A stretch of DNA of 64,000 nucleotides from Actinomycetota bacterium (GTDB lineage: Bacteria > Actinomycetota > CALGFH01). The stretch covers positions 2,440 to 66,439 of the forward strand of contig JBEDUQ010000081.1 of NCBI GenBank assembly GCA_040414855.1, written 5' to 3'. The notes beneath the pieces are model-generated. The model ran no database searches and was not told the DNA's origin. It saw nothing but the letters and a program-made list of their open reading frames with translations. Position 1 is the first letter of the stretch. Each line of letters begins with the position of its first letter. Shown piece after piece: positions 54,055-64,000 of this stretch. Position numbers and translations under genes: made by a program.

Positions 54055-55145
54055 CGGCTCGCCCCGACCGGACGGTGGAAGCCGGCGATCAGACCGTCGA
54101 CCGCGGAGCCGGCGCCGCTGCGGACGCGCTCGTGGACGCCAGGCGGCACCGGCCGGCCCGTCAGCGCCCGCAGGGCGAGCACGGCCGCGCCGGCGGCGCC
54201 CTCGGTGGCGACCGCGGGCGGGCGGCCGAAGCGGTCGCGCAATCCCGCGCGCACCGCCGCCGACAGCGGGCCCGGGGCCAGCAGGACCCCGCCGGCGAGC
54301 ACGATGCCGTTGACCGCATCGGGCTCCGCGCGCACGGCGGCCTCGGCCGTCGAGATCAGCAGCGCGGCGCCGCGCTCGACGATCTCGGCCGCGACCCCGT
54401 CGCCGCCGAGCGCCGCGGTGGTCACCAGCGGGGCGAGCTGCGCGAGCGCCACCGGCGGCCGCGAGTAGACGACCTCCTTGAGCTGCCGGACGACCGCGCG
54501 CCGGTCGTCGGCGGCGACCGCGGCCGGCGAGCCCACCTCCAGGAACCGCAGCACCGACTCGGTCAGGGCCGTGGGCCGCCCGCGGCCGTCGATGTGGGCC
54601 AGGCACGCCCGCAGCGACTCGCGCCCGAGCCAGAAGCCCGAGCCGTCGTCGCCGAGCAGCCAGCCGTTGCCGTCGACGAACCGGATGACCCGGGCGCCGC
54701 GGATCGTCGCCGCCGCCGCTCCTGTTCCAGACACCAAAACCACGCCGTCCTCGGCCGGGGTGCCGGCGGCGAACGCCGCCTCCAGGTCGGAGACCACCTG
54801 GAACGGGCAGCACAGGCCGGTGGCGCGCCAGACGTCCCTGACCGCGGCAACCACCTCCGCCATGCACGGCCCGGCGCCGGCGACGCCCAGCACGGCCTGC
54901 GAGATCGCCCGCCTGTCCATGCCAAGCAGCGCCGCTTCGAGGGCGGACATGAGGCTGCGCACGGTCGCGCCGAGCCCGCACGAGGTCGGGTTCCCGCCCC
55001 CGGCGCCCGCGAACGCGACGCGGGCGCCCTCCGCGCTGGCGATCAGCACCCTGGTATGCGATCCGCCCGCGTCGACACCGATGACGAGCTGCTCCGGTTT
55101 CACGGAGTGGAAGACTAGCAGCGGGGCATGGGACAAAAGCAACAT
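54051..55145 (-). CDS. BadF/BadG/BcrA/BcrD-type ATPase (N-acetylglucosamine-kinase-like, ASKHA fold)
   Basis: In ORF 54051..55514. LVIGVDAGGSHTRVLIA (phosphate-1), VLVSGTGAAAA, GNGWLLGDDGSGFWLG. Start is uncertain (ATG 55145 or GTG 55103). Confidence 0.8.
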   Translation of the reverse strand: MLLLSHAPLLVFHSVKPEQLVIGVDAGGSHTRVLIASAEGARVAFAGAGGGNPTSCGLGATVRSLMSALEAALLGMDRRAISQAVLGVAGAGPCMAEVVAAVRDVWRATGLCCPFQVVSDLEAAFAAGTPAEDGVVLVSGTGAAAATIRGARVIRFVDGNGWLLGDDGSGFWLGRESLRACLAHIDGRGRPTALTESVLRFLEVGSPAAVAADDRRAVVRQLKEVVYSRPPVALAQLAPLVTTAALGGDGVAAEIVERGAALLISTAEAAVRAEPDAVNGIVLAGGVLLAPGPLSAAVRAGLRDRFGRPPAVATEGAAGAAVLALRALTGRPVPPGVHERVRSGAGSAVDGLIAGFHRPVGASR

Positions 55146-55184
55146 GGCGGCACCCGCCGCCCCGCATCGTGGTATTGATGGGAA

Positions 55185-56462
55185 ATGGCCAGGACCGAAG
55201 GCGCCGTCACCGATCGCGCGGCCGCCGAGCGCCTCGACCGCGAGGACCCGCTGGCGCGCCTGCGGGACGAGTTCGTGATCGACGACCCGGACCTCATCTA
55301 CTTGGACGGCAACTCGCTCGGCCGGCTGCCCAAGCGCTCGGTGGAGCGGCTGCGGACGGTGGTCTCCGAGGAGTGGGGCCGCGGCCTGATCCGCTCCTGG
55401 AACGAGCACTGGATGGACCTGCCCGCCCGCGCCGGCGACCGCATCGGTGAGCACCTGGTCGGCGCCGCGCCAGGCCAGGTGATCGTGTCCGACTCCACCA
55501 GCGTCAACCTCCACAAGCTGGCGGCGGCGGCGCTCGACGCCCGGCCCGGCAGGGACGTGATCGTCTCCGACCGCAACAACTTCCCCTCAGACCGCTACGT
55601 GCTGGAGGGCCTGGCGTCCGCGCGCGGGCTGGAGCTGCGGCTGGTCGAGTTCGACGAGCTGCTGGGCCCGACCGCCGAGGACGTCGCGGACGCGATCGAC
55701 CAGCGCACCGCGCTGCTGAGCCTCTCGCACGTCGACTACCGCTCCGGCGCGCTCGCCGACATGGCCGCGATCAACCAGGTCGCGCGGCGGGCGGGCGCGC
55801 TGACCCTCTGGGACCTGTGCCACGCGGTCGGCGCGGTGCCGGTGGAGCTGGACGCCAGCGCCGCCGACCTGGCCGTCGGCTGTACCTACAAGTACCTGAA
55901 CGCCGGGCCGGGCGCGCCGGCCTTCCTGTACGTGCGGCGCGAGCACCAGGCGAGCCTGCGCCAGCCGATCTGGGGCTGGTACGGGCAGCGCGACCAGTTC
56001 GCGATGGCGCAGGGCTACGACCCTCCGGAGGACGTGTCGCGGTTCCTGGTCGGCACCCCGTTCATACCGGGGGTCGCGCTGGTCGACGAGGGCGCCGCCC
56101 TGCTCGGCGAGGCCGGTATCGACCGCCTGCGCGCCAAGGGCGTCGCCCTGACCGAGCTGGTGATCGAGCTGCACGACCGCTGGCTCGCGCCGCTCGGCTT
56201 CACGCTCGCGAGCCCGAGGGACCCGGCGGTCCGCGGCTCGCACGTCTCGCTCGCGCACCAGGACGGCTACCGGATCTGCCAGGCGCTGATCTCCAAGGCG
56301 AACGTGATCCCGGACTTCCGCCCGCCGGACCGCATCCGGCTCGGTCCGGCGCCGGCGAGCACGCGGTTCGTCGACGTCTGGGACGCCATGGAGCGGCTGC
56401 GCGGCGTGGTCGCGGACGGCCTGTACCAGGACGTCGACCCGGTCCGCACCAGGGTCACCTAG
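55185..56462 (+). CDS. kynU: Kynureninase
   Basis: 425 aa. DPLARLRDEFVIDDPDLIYLDGNSLGRLPK, SHVDYRSGAL, CTYKYLNAGPGAPAF (PLP-lysine context) and SHVSL match kynureninase. Confidence 0.9.
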   Translation: MARTEGAVTDRAAAERLDREDPLARLRDEFVIDDPDLIYLDGNSLGRLPKRSVERLRTVVSEEWGRGLIRSWNEHWMDLPARAGDRIGEHLVGAAPGQVIVSDSTSVNLHKLAAAALDARPGRDVIVSDRNNFPSDRYVLEGLASARGLELRLVEFDELLGPTAEDVADAIDQRTALLSLSHVDYRSGALADMAAINQVARRAGALTLWDLCHAVGAVPVELDASAADLAVGCTYKYLNAGPGAPAFLYVRREHQASLRQPIWGWYGQRDQFAMAQGYDPPEDVSRFLVGTPFIPGVALVDEGAALLGEAGIDRLRAKGVALTELVIELHDRWLAPLGFTLASPRDPAVRGSHVSLAHQDGYRICQALISKANVIPDFRPPDRIRLGPAPASTRFVDVWDAMERLRGVVADGLYQDVDPVRTRVT

Positions 56463-56511
56463 CCTCCGGCGCACGGCGCCTCACTTAGCCTTCGGCCCAC
56501 GGCGACGGCTC
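56460..56511. repeat. 26-bp-period tandem duplication (TAGCCTCCGGCGCACGGCG / TAGCCTTCGGCCCACGGCG) spanning a convergent intergenic region and including the kynU stop
   Basis: The 19-nt cores at 56460-56478 and 56486-56504 match 17/19. Confidence 0.75.
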
Positions 56512-57157
56512 AGCTCTCCGGCGGATCGTCGGGCGAATCCGCGATGCCGTGGCTCTGCGCCCACATCGCCGCCTGGGTCCGGTCGCTCACGCCGAGGTGG
56601 CGGAACACGTTGGTGAGATGGCTCTTGACCGTCTTCTCGCTGATCCCGAGGCGCCGGGCGATCTGCTTGTTGGCCATGCCGGCGCCCACCAGCACCAGCA
56701 CCTCACGCTCGCGCGACGACAGCTCGGCCACGCGGGTGCCCTCGGTCCTGGCCAGCAGCAGCGCCCGCGCGGCCTTGGGGTCCAGCGGCGATTCGCCGCG
56801 CGCGGCGGCGCGAACGCCGCGAAGGATCTCTTCGGGCTCGGCGTCCTTGAGCAGGTAGCCGACGGCGCCGGCGTCGACCGCCTCGAGGATCGGGTCCGGA
56901 CTGGAGTGGAAGGTCAGCATGACGATCCGGATCTCCGGGCGGGCCTCGAGGATGCGCCGGGTCGCCTCGATGCCGTCCACGCCCGGCATCGACAGGTCCA
57001 TCAGCACCACGTCGAGATCGGTGCCGAGCGCCACCTCGATCGCGTCCAGCCCGTTGGTGACCGAGTCGACGACCTCGATGTCGTCGCACCCTTCCAGCAG
57101 TTGGCCGAGCCCGACCCGCACGATGGCATGGTCGTCCGCCACCAGGACACGGATCAT
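56510..57157 (-). CDS. NarL/LuxR-family response regulator
   Basis: 215 aa. MIRVLVADDHAIVRVGL...DVVLMDLSMPGVDG. HTH LSSREREVLVLVGAGMANKQIARRLGISEKTVKSH. Confidence 0.95.
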   Translation of the reverse strand: MIRVLVADDHAIVRVGLGQLLEGCDDIEVVDSVTNGLDAIEVALGTDLDVVLMDLSMPGVDGIEATRRILEARPEIRIVMLTFHSSPDPILEAVDAGAVGYLLKDAEPEEILRGVRAAARGESPLDPKAARALLLARTEGTRVAELSSREREVLVLVGAGMANKQIARRLGISEKTVKSHLTNVFRHLGVSDRTQAAMWAQSHGIADSPDDPPES

Positions 57158-58437
57158 GCCGGCCGCGCGGGAAGCGGCGCCACCAGGCGGAGCCGGGTGC
57201 CGCGGCCGGGCTCCGACTCGACGTCGACCCTGCCCCCGCGGGCGGCGGCGAGGTCGCCGATCAGCCGCAGGCCCATGTGCCCCTCGGCGCTCCGGCGCTC
57301 CCTGACAGCCGCCGAGAACCCGGCCCCGTCGTCGGACACCTCGAGGACCACCCGGTCGGCGTCCATGGTCACCTTCACCGAGACCGAGCTGGCCCCGGCG
57401 TGCTGGACCACGTTGCGGAGGCCCTCCTGGGCGGCGCGGAACAGCATGACCTCCACGTCGGGCGCGAGGTCGTCGACGTCGGTGTCGAGGTCCACGGTCA
57501 CGCCGCGGGCGGCCAGCGGCGCGACCAGGCCCGAGAGTGCGGCGTGCAGCCCGACCGAGTGGATGTTCGGCGGATGGATCTCGACCAGCAGCGAGCGGAG
57601 CTGGCGAATGCTCTGTCTGGTGTCGGCGGCGGCGTCGTTGAGGGCGGCCCCGAGCTCGCGACTACCGTTGGTGGCCGCGCGGGTGCTCGCAGCGGCCAAT
57701 TTGTAAGACAATCCGGCCAGTTGCTGGACAACGCCGTCGTGCAGATCGGCCGCGATCCGCCTGCGCTCGACCTCCGACGCCTCGATCGCGCGTTTCAGCA
57801 GCGCTTCGCGCTCGAGCTGGCGGTCGTGGAGGCGGGCGGTGAGCGAGCGGGCCAGCGGCACCTGGATCAGCTCCAGCAGCACCAGGGCGGACAGCAGCAC
57901 CGGCGCGAACGCGGTCCAGGTCCTGCGGCCGCTGGCGGCGACCGAGCTGTAGCGCTGGTAGGTCTCGATCAGCAGCGGCTGGCCGCTGGTCGAGCGCACC
58001 GGCAGGTAGACCTCCAGCAGCTTGCCGTAGTTGTGCTCGAAGCGGTTCTCCTTGCCGTCGAGGGTGCTCACCTCGGCGTAGCCGTCGCCGCTGGTGAACG
58101 CCTCGCGCTTGTCCTGGTCGAGGTCGTAGACCTCGCCGATCAGCCGGGGCTCGTCGCTGTAGAGGATCTGACCATGCTCGTTCCAGATCTTGACCCGCAC
58201 CACCGGATCGAGGAGGACGTCCTTGCGGACCATCCGGTCGAGGCTGGCCATCGCCGACTCGCGCCCATTCACCAGGCCTGGGGTCAGGTACCGCTCCATG
58301 ACCCCGCCGCCCACCAGGCGGGTGACCTCGCGGGCACCACGGATCGCCTCGGCTCGTCCGATGCGGTCGAGTACAGTGGCTCCTCCGACCGCGACGACCA
58401 CCAGCGCCGCCACGCCCGAGAGGATGAACTGCACCAT
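57154..58437 (-). CDS. Sensor histidine kinase (HisKA_3 type, one extracytoplasmic loop)
   Basis: ORF 57154..58551. ATG at 58437 gives MVQFILSGVAALVVVAVGG. H-box RRIAADLHDGVVQQLAGL. HATPase C-terminus. 4-nt overlap with the regulator. Confidence 0.9.
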   Translation of the reverse strand: MVQFILSGVAALVVVAVGGATVLDRIGRAEAIRGAREVTRLVGGGVMERYLTPGLVNGRESAMASLDRMVRKDVLLDPVVRVKIWNEHGQILYSDEPRLIGEVYDLDQDKREAFTSGDGYAEVSTLDGKENRFEHNYGKLLEVYLPVRSTSGQPLLIETYQRYSSVAASGRRTWTAFAPVLLSALVLLELIQVPLARSLTARLHDRQLEREALLKRAIEASEVERRRIAADLHDGVVQQLAGLSYKLAAASTRAATNGSRELGAALNDAAADTRQSIRQLRSLLVEIHPPNIHSVGLHAALSGLVAPLAARGVTVDLDTDVDDLAPDVEVMLFRAAQEGLRNVVQHAGASSVSVKVTMDADRVVLEVSDDGAGFSAAVRERRSAEGHMGLRLIGDLAAARGGRVDVESEPGRGTRLRLVAPLPARPA

Positions 58438-58700
58438 CGAGACCGTGACGCCGCCGTCACGCCGTGAGCCGGCCCGGTTCCGCCTCAGTCGCACTCCCGA
58501 CCCCCAGGATTCGACTGTTGTTGCCCGTAACGTCTTCGGCCCCGGCCACACAATACGCCAATCGTACTTCGTTGGCTTTTCCTACCCTTTGCCGTCCACA
58601 GTGGGGTCTATCGTGCGAGCGTTGCGTTCGTCACAGAGGGCAGTGACGCGCAGACCCGAACCATCGTCGTCGAGGTCGCGATCGTCGCTCAGCGCGCCGG

Positions 58701-59801
58701 TCAAAAGGACGTAGCCGCGGTGGCGATGCAGTCCATCACCGCCCGGAAGCTGCCGCCGTTGGCGAGGGCGCGGCGCTGGCGGGTGGCGCCGTTGCCGTCG
58801 GTGAGCACCCGCCGGACCAGCTCGCGGACCTCCTCCCAGTCGCCCTCCTCCTCGAGCGCCGGGCGCAGGTAGTCGAGCAGCCGCGCGGCCACCTCGGCCA
58901 CCGGCGCCAGCTCGCCGCTGCTCGGCTCGACCAGCCGCCCCTCCAGGCCGAAGCGGGCGGCGTGCCATTTGGCGGCGCTGATCATCGGGTCGGGCGGCAG
59001 AACGGGCTCCTGGTCGCGCCACGCCTCCTCGCAGCAGACGCGGGCCAGGGCCCGGCAGAGCCCGGCGATCATCACCACGTCGTCGACGCCGGTGCAGGCG
59101 TCGGCGATGCGGAACTCCAGGGTCGGGTAGCGCTCCGAGGGCCGCACGTCCCAGTAGACCTTGGTGGCGTCGCGGATGATCCCGGCGCAGACCAGCCCGG
59201 AGACCAGCGCCTCGTAGGCGGCGCGGTCGGCGAGCGCCGGCGGCATCCCCGCGGACGGCCAGCGCCGCCACACCTGGGCGCGGTAGCTCGCGTAGCCGGT
59301 GTCGACGCCGACCCAGAACGGCGAGTTGGCGCCCAGCGCCAGGATGGTCGGCAGCCAGGCCCGCACCCGGTTCATGGTCTGGACCACCGCCTCGGGGTCG
59401 GGGATGCCGACGTGGACGTGCAGGCCGAACAGCACCTGCTCGCGCGCGACCTGCTGATAGTCCGCGAGCAGCCGCTGGTAGCGCGGCTTGCGGGTGACCA
59501 GCTGGCTGCGCCAGTCGGAGAACGGGTGGGTCCCGGCGGTGCCGATGCCGACGCCGACGCGACCGGCCGAGGCGACCAGCGCCCGCCGCACCCTGGCGAG
59601 CTCGCGGCGCGCGTGGGCCAGGGTGTCGCAGATGCCGGTGACCGCCTCGATCTGCGCCTGGTACAGCTCGGGCTGGGCCCCCTCGCCGAGCTGCTCCCTC
59701 GCGACCGGCAGCAGCCGCTCGACCTCCGAGCACAGCTCGCCGCTGCCCGGGTCCAGGATCTGATGCTCCTCCTCGATGCCGAACTCGAAGGCGCGCGCCA
59801 T
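58701..59801 (-). CDS. Carboxylate-amine ligase, YbdK/GCS2 family (glutamate-cysteine ligase family 2)
   Basis: In ORF 58701..59864. ATG at 59801 gives MARAFEFGIEEEHQILDP. QAQIEAVTG, GTHPF, FGLHVHVG and ANSPFW are GCS2 hallmarks. Confidence 0.9.
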   Translation of the reverse strand: MARAFEFGIEEEHQILDPGSGELCSEVERLLPVAREQLGEGAQPELYQAQIEAVTGICDTLAHARRELARVRRALVASAGRVGVGIGTAGTHPFSDWRSQLVTRKPRYQRLLADYQQVAREQVLFGLHVHVGIPDPEAVVQTMNRVRAWLPTILALGANSPFWVGVDTGYASYRAQVWRRWPSAGMPPALADRAAYEALVSGLVCAGIIRDATKVYWDVRPSERYPTLEFRIADACTGVDDVVMIAGLCRALARVCCEEAWRDQEPVLPPDPMISAAKWHAARFGLEGRLVEPSSGELAPVAEVAARLLDYLRPALEEEGDWEEVRELVRRVLTDGNGATRQRRALANGGSFRAVMDCIATAATSF

Positions 59802-59879
59802 CCCCAGCCTCCTCGCGCGTCCGTACGGGCGTCGGGCGGAGGGACCGAGCAACGCGCTCGCCATGTACGGCCCGGAAAC

Positions 59880-59914
59880 GGTATCCCGTTCTATGTTACA
59901 AACCGGGCGATACC
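59880..59914 (-). terminator. Candidate terminator hairpin (GGTATCCCG ... CGGGCGATACC) downstream of the DUF3105 gene
   Basis: Imperfect 9-11 bp stem with a 14-nt AT-rich loop. On the minus strand it is followed by CGTTTCC. It lies 37 nt after the stop at 59951. Confidence 0.4.
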
Positions 59915-59950
59915 GTCACCACCGCGAAAGCGCTTGTTCCCGCCTCGCGG

Positions 59951-60685
59951 CTACCGGCCGACGGGGCAGCCGATCGCCTCTGGGCCCTTCTCGCGGTAGA
60001 GGCCGATGAACTTCTTCAGCTTGCCGGTGTCGGCGCTGTCGAGGTTCATCAGCTTGGTCCACGCGGTGGCGGCGACCGCCGTGCGCAGGCCCGGGTAGGG
60101 CGCGACGATCACGTGTGAGGTGTAGGACCGGCCGAGCTTCGCGAGCTGGCTGACCTGGGCCGGGTCGAGGTCCGGGCGGTACTGGACCATGACCACTCCG
60201 TGCTCGAGGTCGTGGACCTGCACCTCGTTGGGGATCGGGGTGGTGGTCACGCCGCAGGGCGCCGGGTTCGGGTCGTGGGGGCCGGAGGTCGGCGGGGTCG
60301 AGTTGTAGGTGGTGTACTTGCCGCCGGGGTTGAGGTGCGTCTGGCCCTGGCTCGGCAGGGTCTGGACGTTGAGCTCGCGGATGGCGGCCCGCTCGGAGAG
60401 GTTGCGCGCGACCACCAGCCCGCCGATGCCGCCGACGACCACCACCGCGACGATCGCGATGGTGAGGTTGCGCAGCAGGCGGCGGCGCTTTTCCGCGGCG
60501 CGCTCGGCCGCCGACAGCCGGTGCCGTCCCGGCCTGCTCGCGGGGCCCTGGCCGCGCCCCGGCCCGCCCCGCGCGCCGGTGGCCTGCCTCCCCCTGCTCG
60601 CCGCCGCCTGCCGCGCGGCTGGACGCCCGGCTGCCTTGCCACCGGCCTTGTCGGGGGTCTTGTCGGGGGTCTGGCTGCGGGACAC
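59951..60685 (-). CDS. DUF3105 domain protein with N-terminal Lys/Arg/Pro-rich tail and a single TM anchor
   Basis: ORF 59951..60730. GTG at 60685 follows GGGAGGAG. TM LTIAIVAVVVVGGIGGLVV. DUF3105 core YNSTPPTSGPHDPNP...HDLEHGVVMVQYRPD...VIVAPYPGL. Confidence 0.82.
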   Translation of the reverse strand: MSRSQTPDKTPDKAGGKAAGRPAARQAAASRGRQATGARGGPGRGQGPASRPGRHRLSAAERAAEKRRRLLRNLTIAIVAVVVVGGIGGLVVARNLSERAAIRELNVQTLPSQGQTHLNPGGKYTTYNSTPPTSGPHDPNPAPCGVTTTPIPNEVQVHDLEHGVVMVQYRPDLDPAQVSQLAKLGRSYTSHVIVAPYPGLRTAVAATAWTKLMNLDSADTGKLKKFIGLYREKGPEAIGCPVGR

Positions 60686-60790
60686 GGCTCCTCCCGGGCG
60701 GTCGGCGGATCTGCGGCGGGCGCACGGCACGGACGGCCTGCCCGGGAGAGGTTATACCGGCAACCATCAAAACTGGTTCAGAGGCGGCAA

Positions 60791-60809
60791 GGCGGCAGTC
60801 CGGGCCGCC
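60791..60809 (-). terminator. Candidate hairpin (GGCGGC-N7-GCCGCC) 2 nt after the copA stop
   Basis: Read directly. On the minus strand it is followed within 20 nt by CAGTTTTGA. Confidence 0.35.
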
Positions 60810-60811
60810 GC

Positions 60812-63009
<2,198 letters not shown>

Positions 63010-63013
<4 letters not shown>

Positions 63014-63225
63014 GGGGAGGACGGCACCTCGTAGCCCTGTGCCTCGATGGCGCCGACCAGCTCGGACCTGCCGACGGCGGACTCGTCGTAGCTGACGGTC
63101 ACGGTCCGGGCGTCGACGTCGACCTCGGCACTGGCGACGCCGCCGAGCGGGCGCAGCGCGCCCTCGATCGACCGCTTGCAGTGGTCGCAATGGATCTCGG
63201 GGACCGAGATCGTCTCGGTGGTCAT
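63010..63225 (-). CDS. copZ: Copper chaperone CopZ (HMA domain, CxxC = CDHC)
   Basis: C-terminal 71 aa of ORF 63010..63375. [24 protein letters not shown]. Its stop overlaps the copA ATG (ATGA). Confidence 0.88.
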
Positions 63226-63262
63226 GCTGCCCGTCCCTTCGGTGGCCAACGCCACGGCTACA

Positions 63263-63279
63263 GTACCCCCGGAGGGTAC
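63263..63279. promoter_or_regulatory. CsoR-type operator candidate GTACCC-N5-GGGTAC upstream of copZ
   Basis: Perfect 6-bp inverted arms with a 5-nt spacer, 38 nt upstream of the copZ ATG. It overlaps a TACTGT -10-like hexamer on the minus strand. Confidence 0.6.
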
Positions 63280-63414
63280 CAGCGCGGGAGCTGAGGAGGC
63301 GCTCCCCGGGGTCGAGACGCCGGAAACGAGCTGGCCGCAGGGTCCGGCGGCCCGATTGTCGAGGCTGAGGTCCACGCCCCGACGCGGGCGGCCCGTTGTG
63401 CTACAAAGCGTTCT

Positions 63415-64000
63415 ATGACCTCTTCAGCCTCCACCTGGCGCGACGGCTTCGGCGACCCCGGCGAGCCGCTCGTCGAGCTGGTCGACGAGCGCGGCCGCAC
63501 CATCGGCGTGACCCCAAAGCTTGCGGCGCACCGGCCGCCCGGCCAGCTGCACCGCGCGATCTCGATCTTCCTGCTCGACGCGAGCGGGCGCCTGCTGATC
63601 CAGCGGCGGGCTCGCGCGAAATACCATTCCGGCGGTCTCTGGAGCAACACCTGCTGTAGCCACCCCGCCCCCGGCGAGGCGCCGGCGGACGCCGCGGTGC
63701 GGCGGCTGCGCGAGGAGCTCGGCGTCGAGCCCACCGACCTGACCGAGGCCGGCAGCACCGTCTACGACGTCACCGACCCGGTGTCGGGGCTGGTCGAGCG
63801 CGAATGGAATCACCTGTTCGTCGGCTATGCGCTCGAGAGCCCGTCGCCCGACCCGCTCGAGGTCGAGGAGTGGGCCGCGGTGCCACTCGACGAGCTGGAC
63901 GAGCTGGACGAGCCGCACGGCGCGACCGGCCGCACCTTCACCGCCTGGTTCCCGACCGTGCTCGACGCGGTCATGCCCTCGCTCGGCGGTCTGGTCGCCC
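63415..64000 (+). CDS. idi: Isopentenyl-diphosphate delta-isomerase, type 1 (Nudix), 3' end beyond the window
   Basis: Hand-translated from the ATG at 63415: MTSSASTWRDGFGDPGEPLVELVDERGRTIGVTPKLAAHRPPGQLHRAISIFLLDASGRLLIQRRARAKYHSGGLWSNTCCSHPAPGE...EREWNHLF. The catalytic Cys in NTCCSHP and the E in the EWxH region are present. It is not in the ORF track because no stop lies in the window. Confidence 0.88.
   Translation, partial: MTSSASTWRDGFGDPGEPLVELVDERGRTIGVTPKLAAHRPPGQLHRAISIFLLDASGRLLIQRRARAKYHSGGLWSNTCCSHPAPGEAPADAAVRRLREELGVEPTDLTEAGSTVYDVTDPVSGLVEREWNHLFVGYALESPSPDPLEVEEWAAVPLDELDELDEPHGATGRTFTAWFPTVLDAVMPSLGGLVA

Noticed and set aside
63258-63918. ORFs 63258..63758(-) and 63424..63918(-) as genes upstream of copZ, including a hoped-for csoR.
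   Set aside because: They are antisense to a clearly recognisable type 1 IPP isomerase reading frame on the plus strand. Their translations show no CsoR (DUF156) C-H-C signature.

Overview
High-GC actinobacterial chromosomal segment. It looks well above 70% G+C by eye, and the F420- and mycothiol-associated families (LLM, PPOX, DinB) point to Actinomycetota. About 58 protein-coding genes are supportable. They are tightly packed on both strands, and many have 1-4 nt start/stop overlaps. I saw no rRNA, tRNA, CRISPR array, transposase, integrase or phage gene.

Regulation and export dominate:
- four NarL/LuxR-type two-component systems (5023-6908, 18885-20923, 45750-47647, 56510-58437)
- three ABC-2 exporters (7158-9312, 20923-22654, 28271-30063)
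- two MMPL transporters and a DHA2 MFS pump
- two TetR regulators and a MocR regulator
- an ECF sigma factor with a long C-terminal extension
- a ~1130 aa SARP/NB-ARC/TPR regulator

Metabolic and housekeeping genes include:
- gcvP behind a tandem glycine riboswitch
- kynureninase, an amidase, an amidohydrolase, an acyl-CoA ligase, an LLM oxidoreductase, a 2-hydroxyacid dehydrogenase and a GCS2 carboxylate-amine ligase
- a signal-less PhoD and IPP isomerase
- endonuclease III and a stand-alone family-A (PolA-like) polymerase
- copZ-copA with a CsoR-type operator

Most long ORFs in the six-frame track are antisense or alternate-frame artefacts of high GC.

I could not identify a convincing self-contained novel system such as a defence island, a mobile element or a biosynthetic core. 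The most unusual items are:
- an ABC ATPase - YceI - permease unit with coupled start/stop codons, beside a TCS-ECF sigma operon
- an orphan SARP regulator in an export-heavy neighbourhood
- a 16-bp operator shared by a TetR gene and an MMPL gene
- a PolA-like polymerase with a degenerate exonuclease domain
- a membrane-anchored PPOX-type domain
- tandem duplications that start at or include stop codons at three gene ends

Gene starts are inferred from RBS and overlap logic and are less certain than gene ends.
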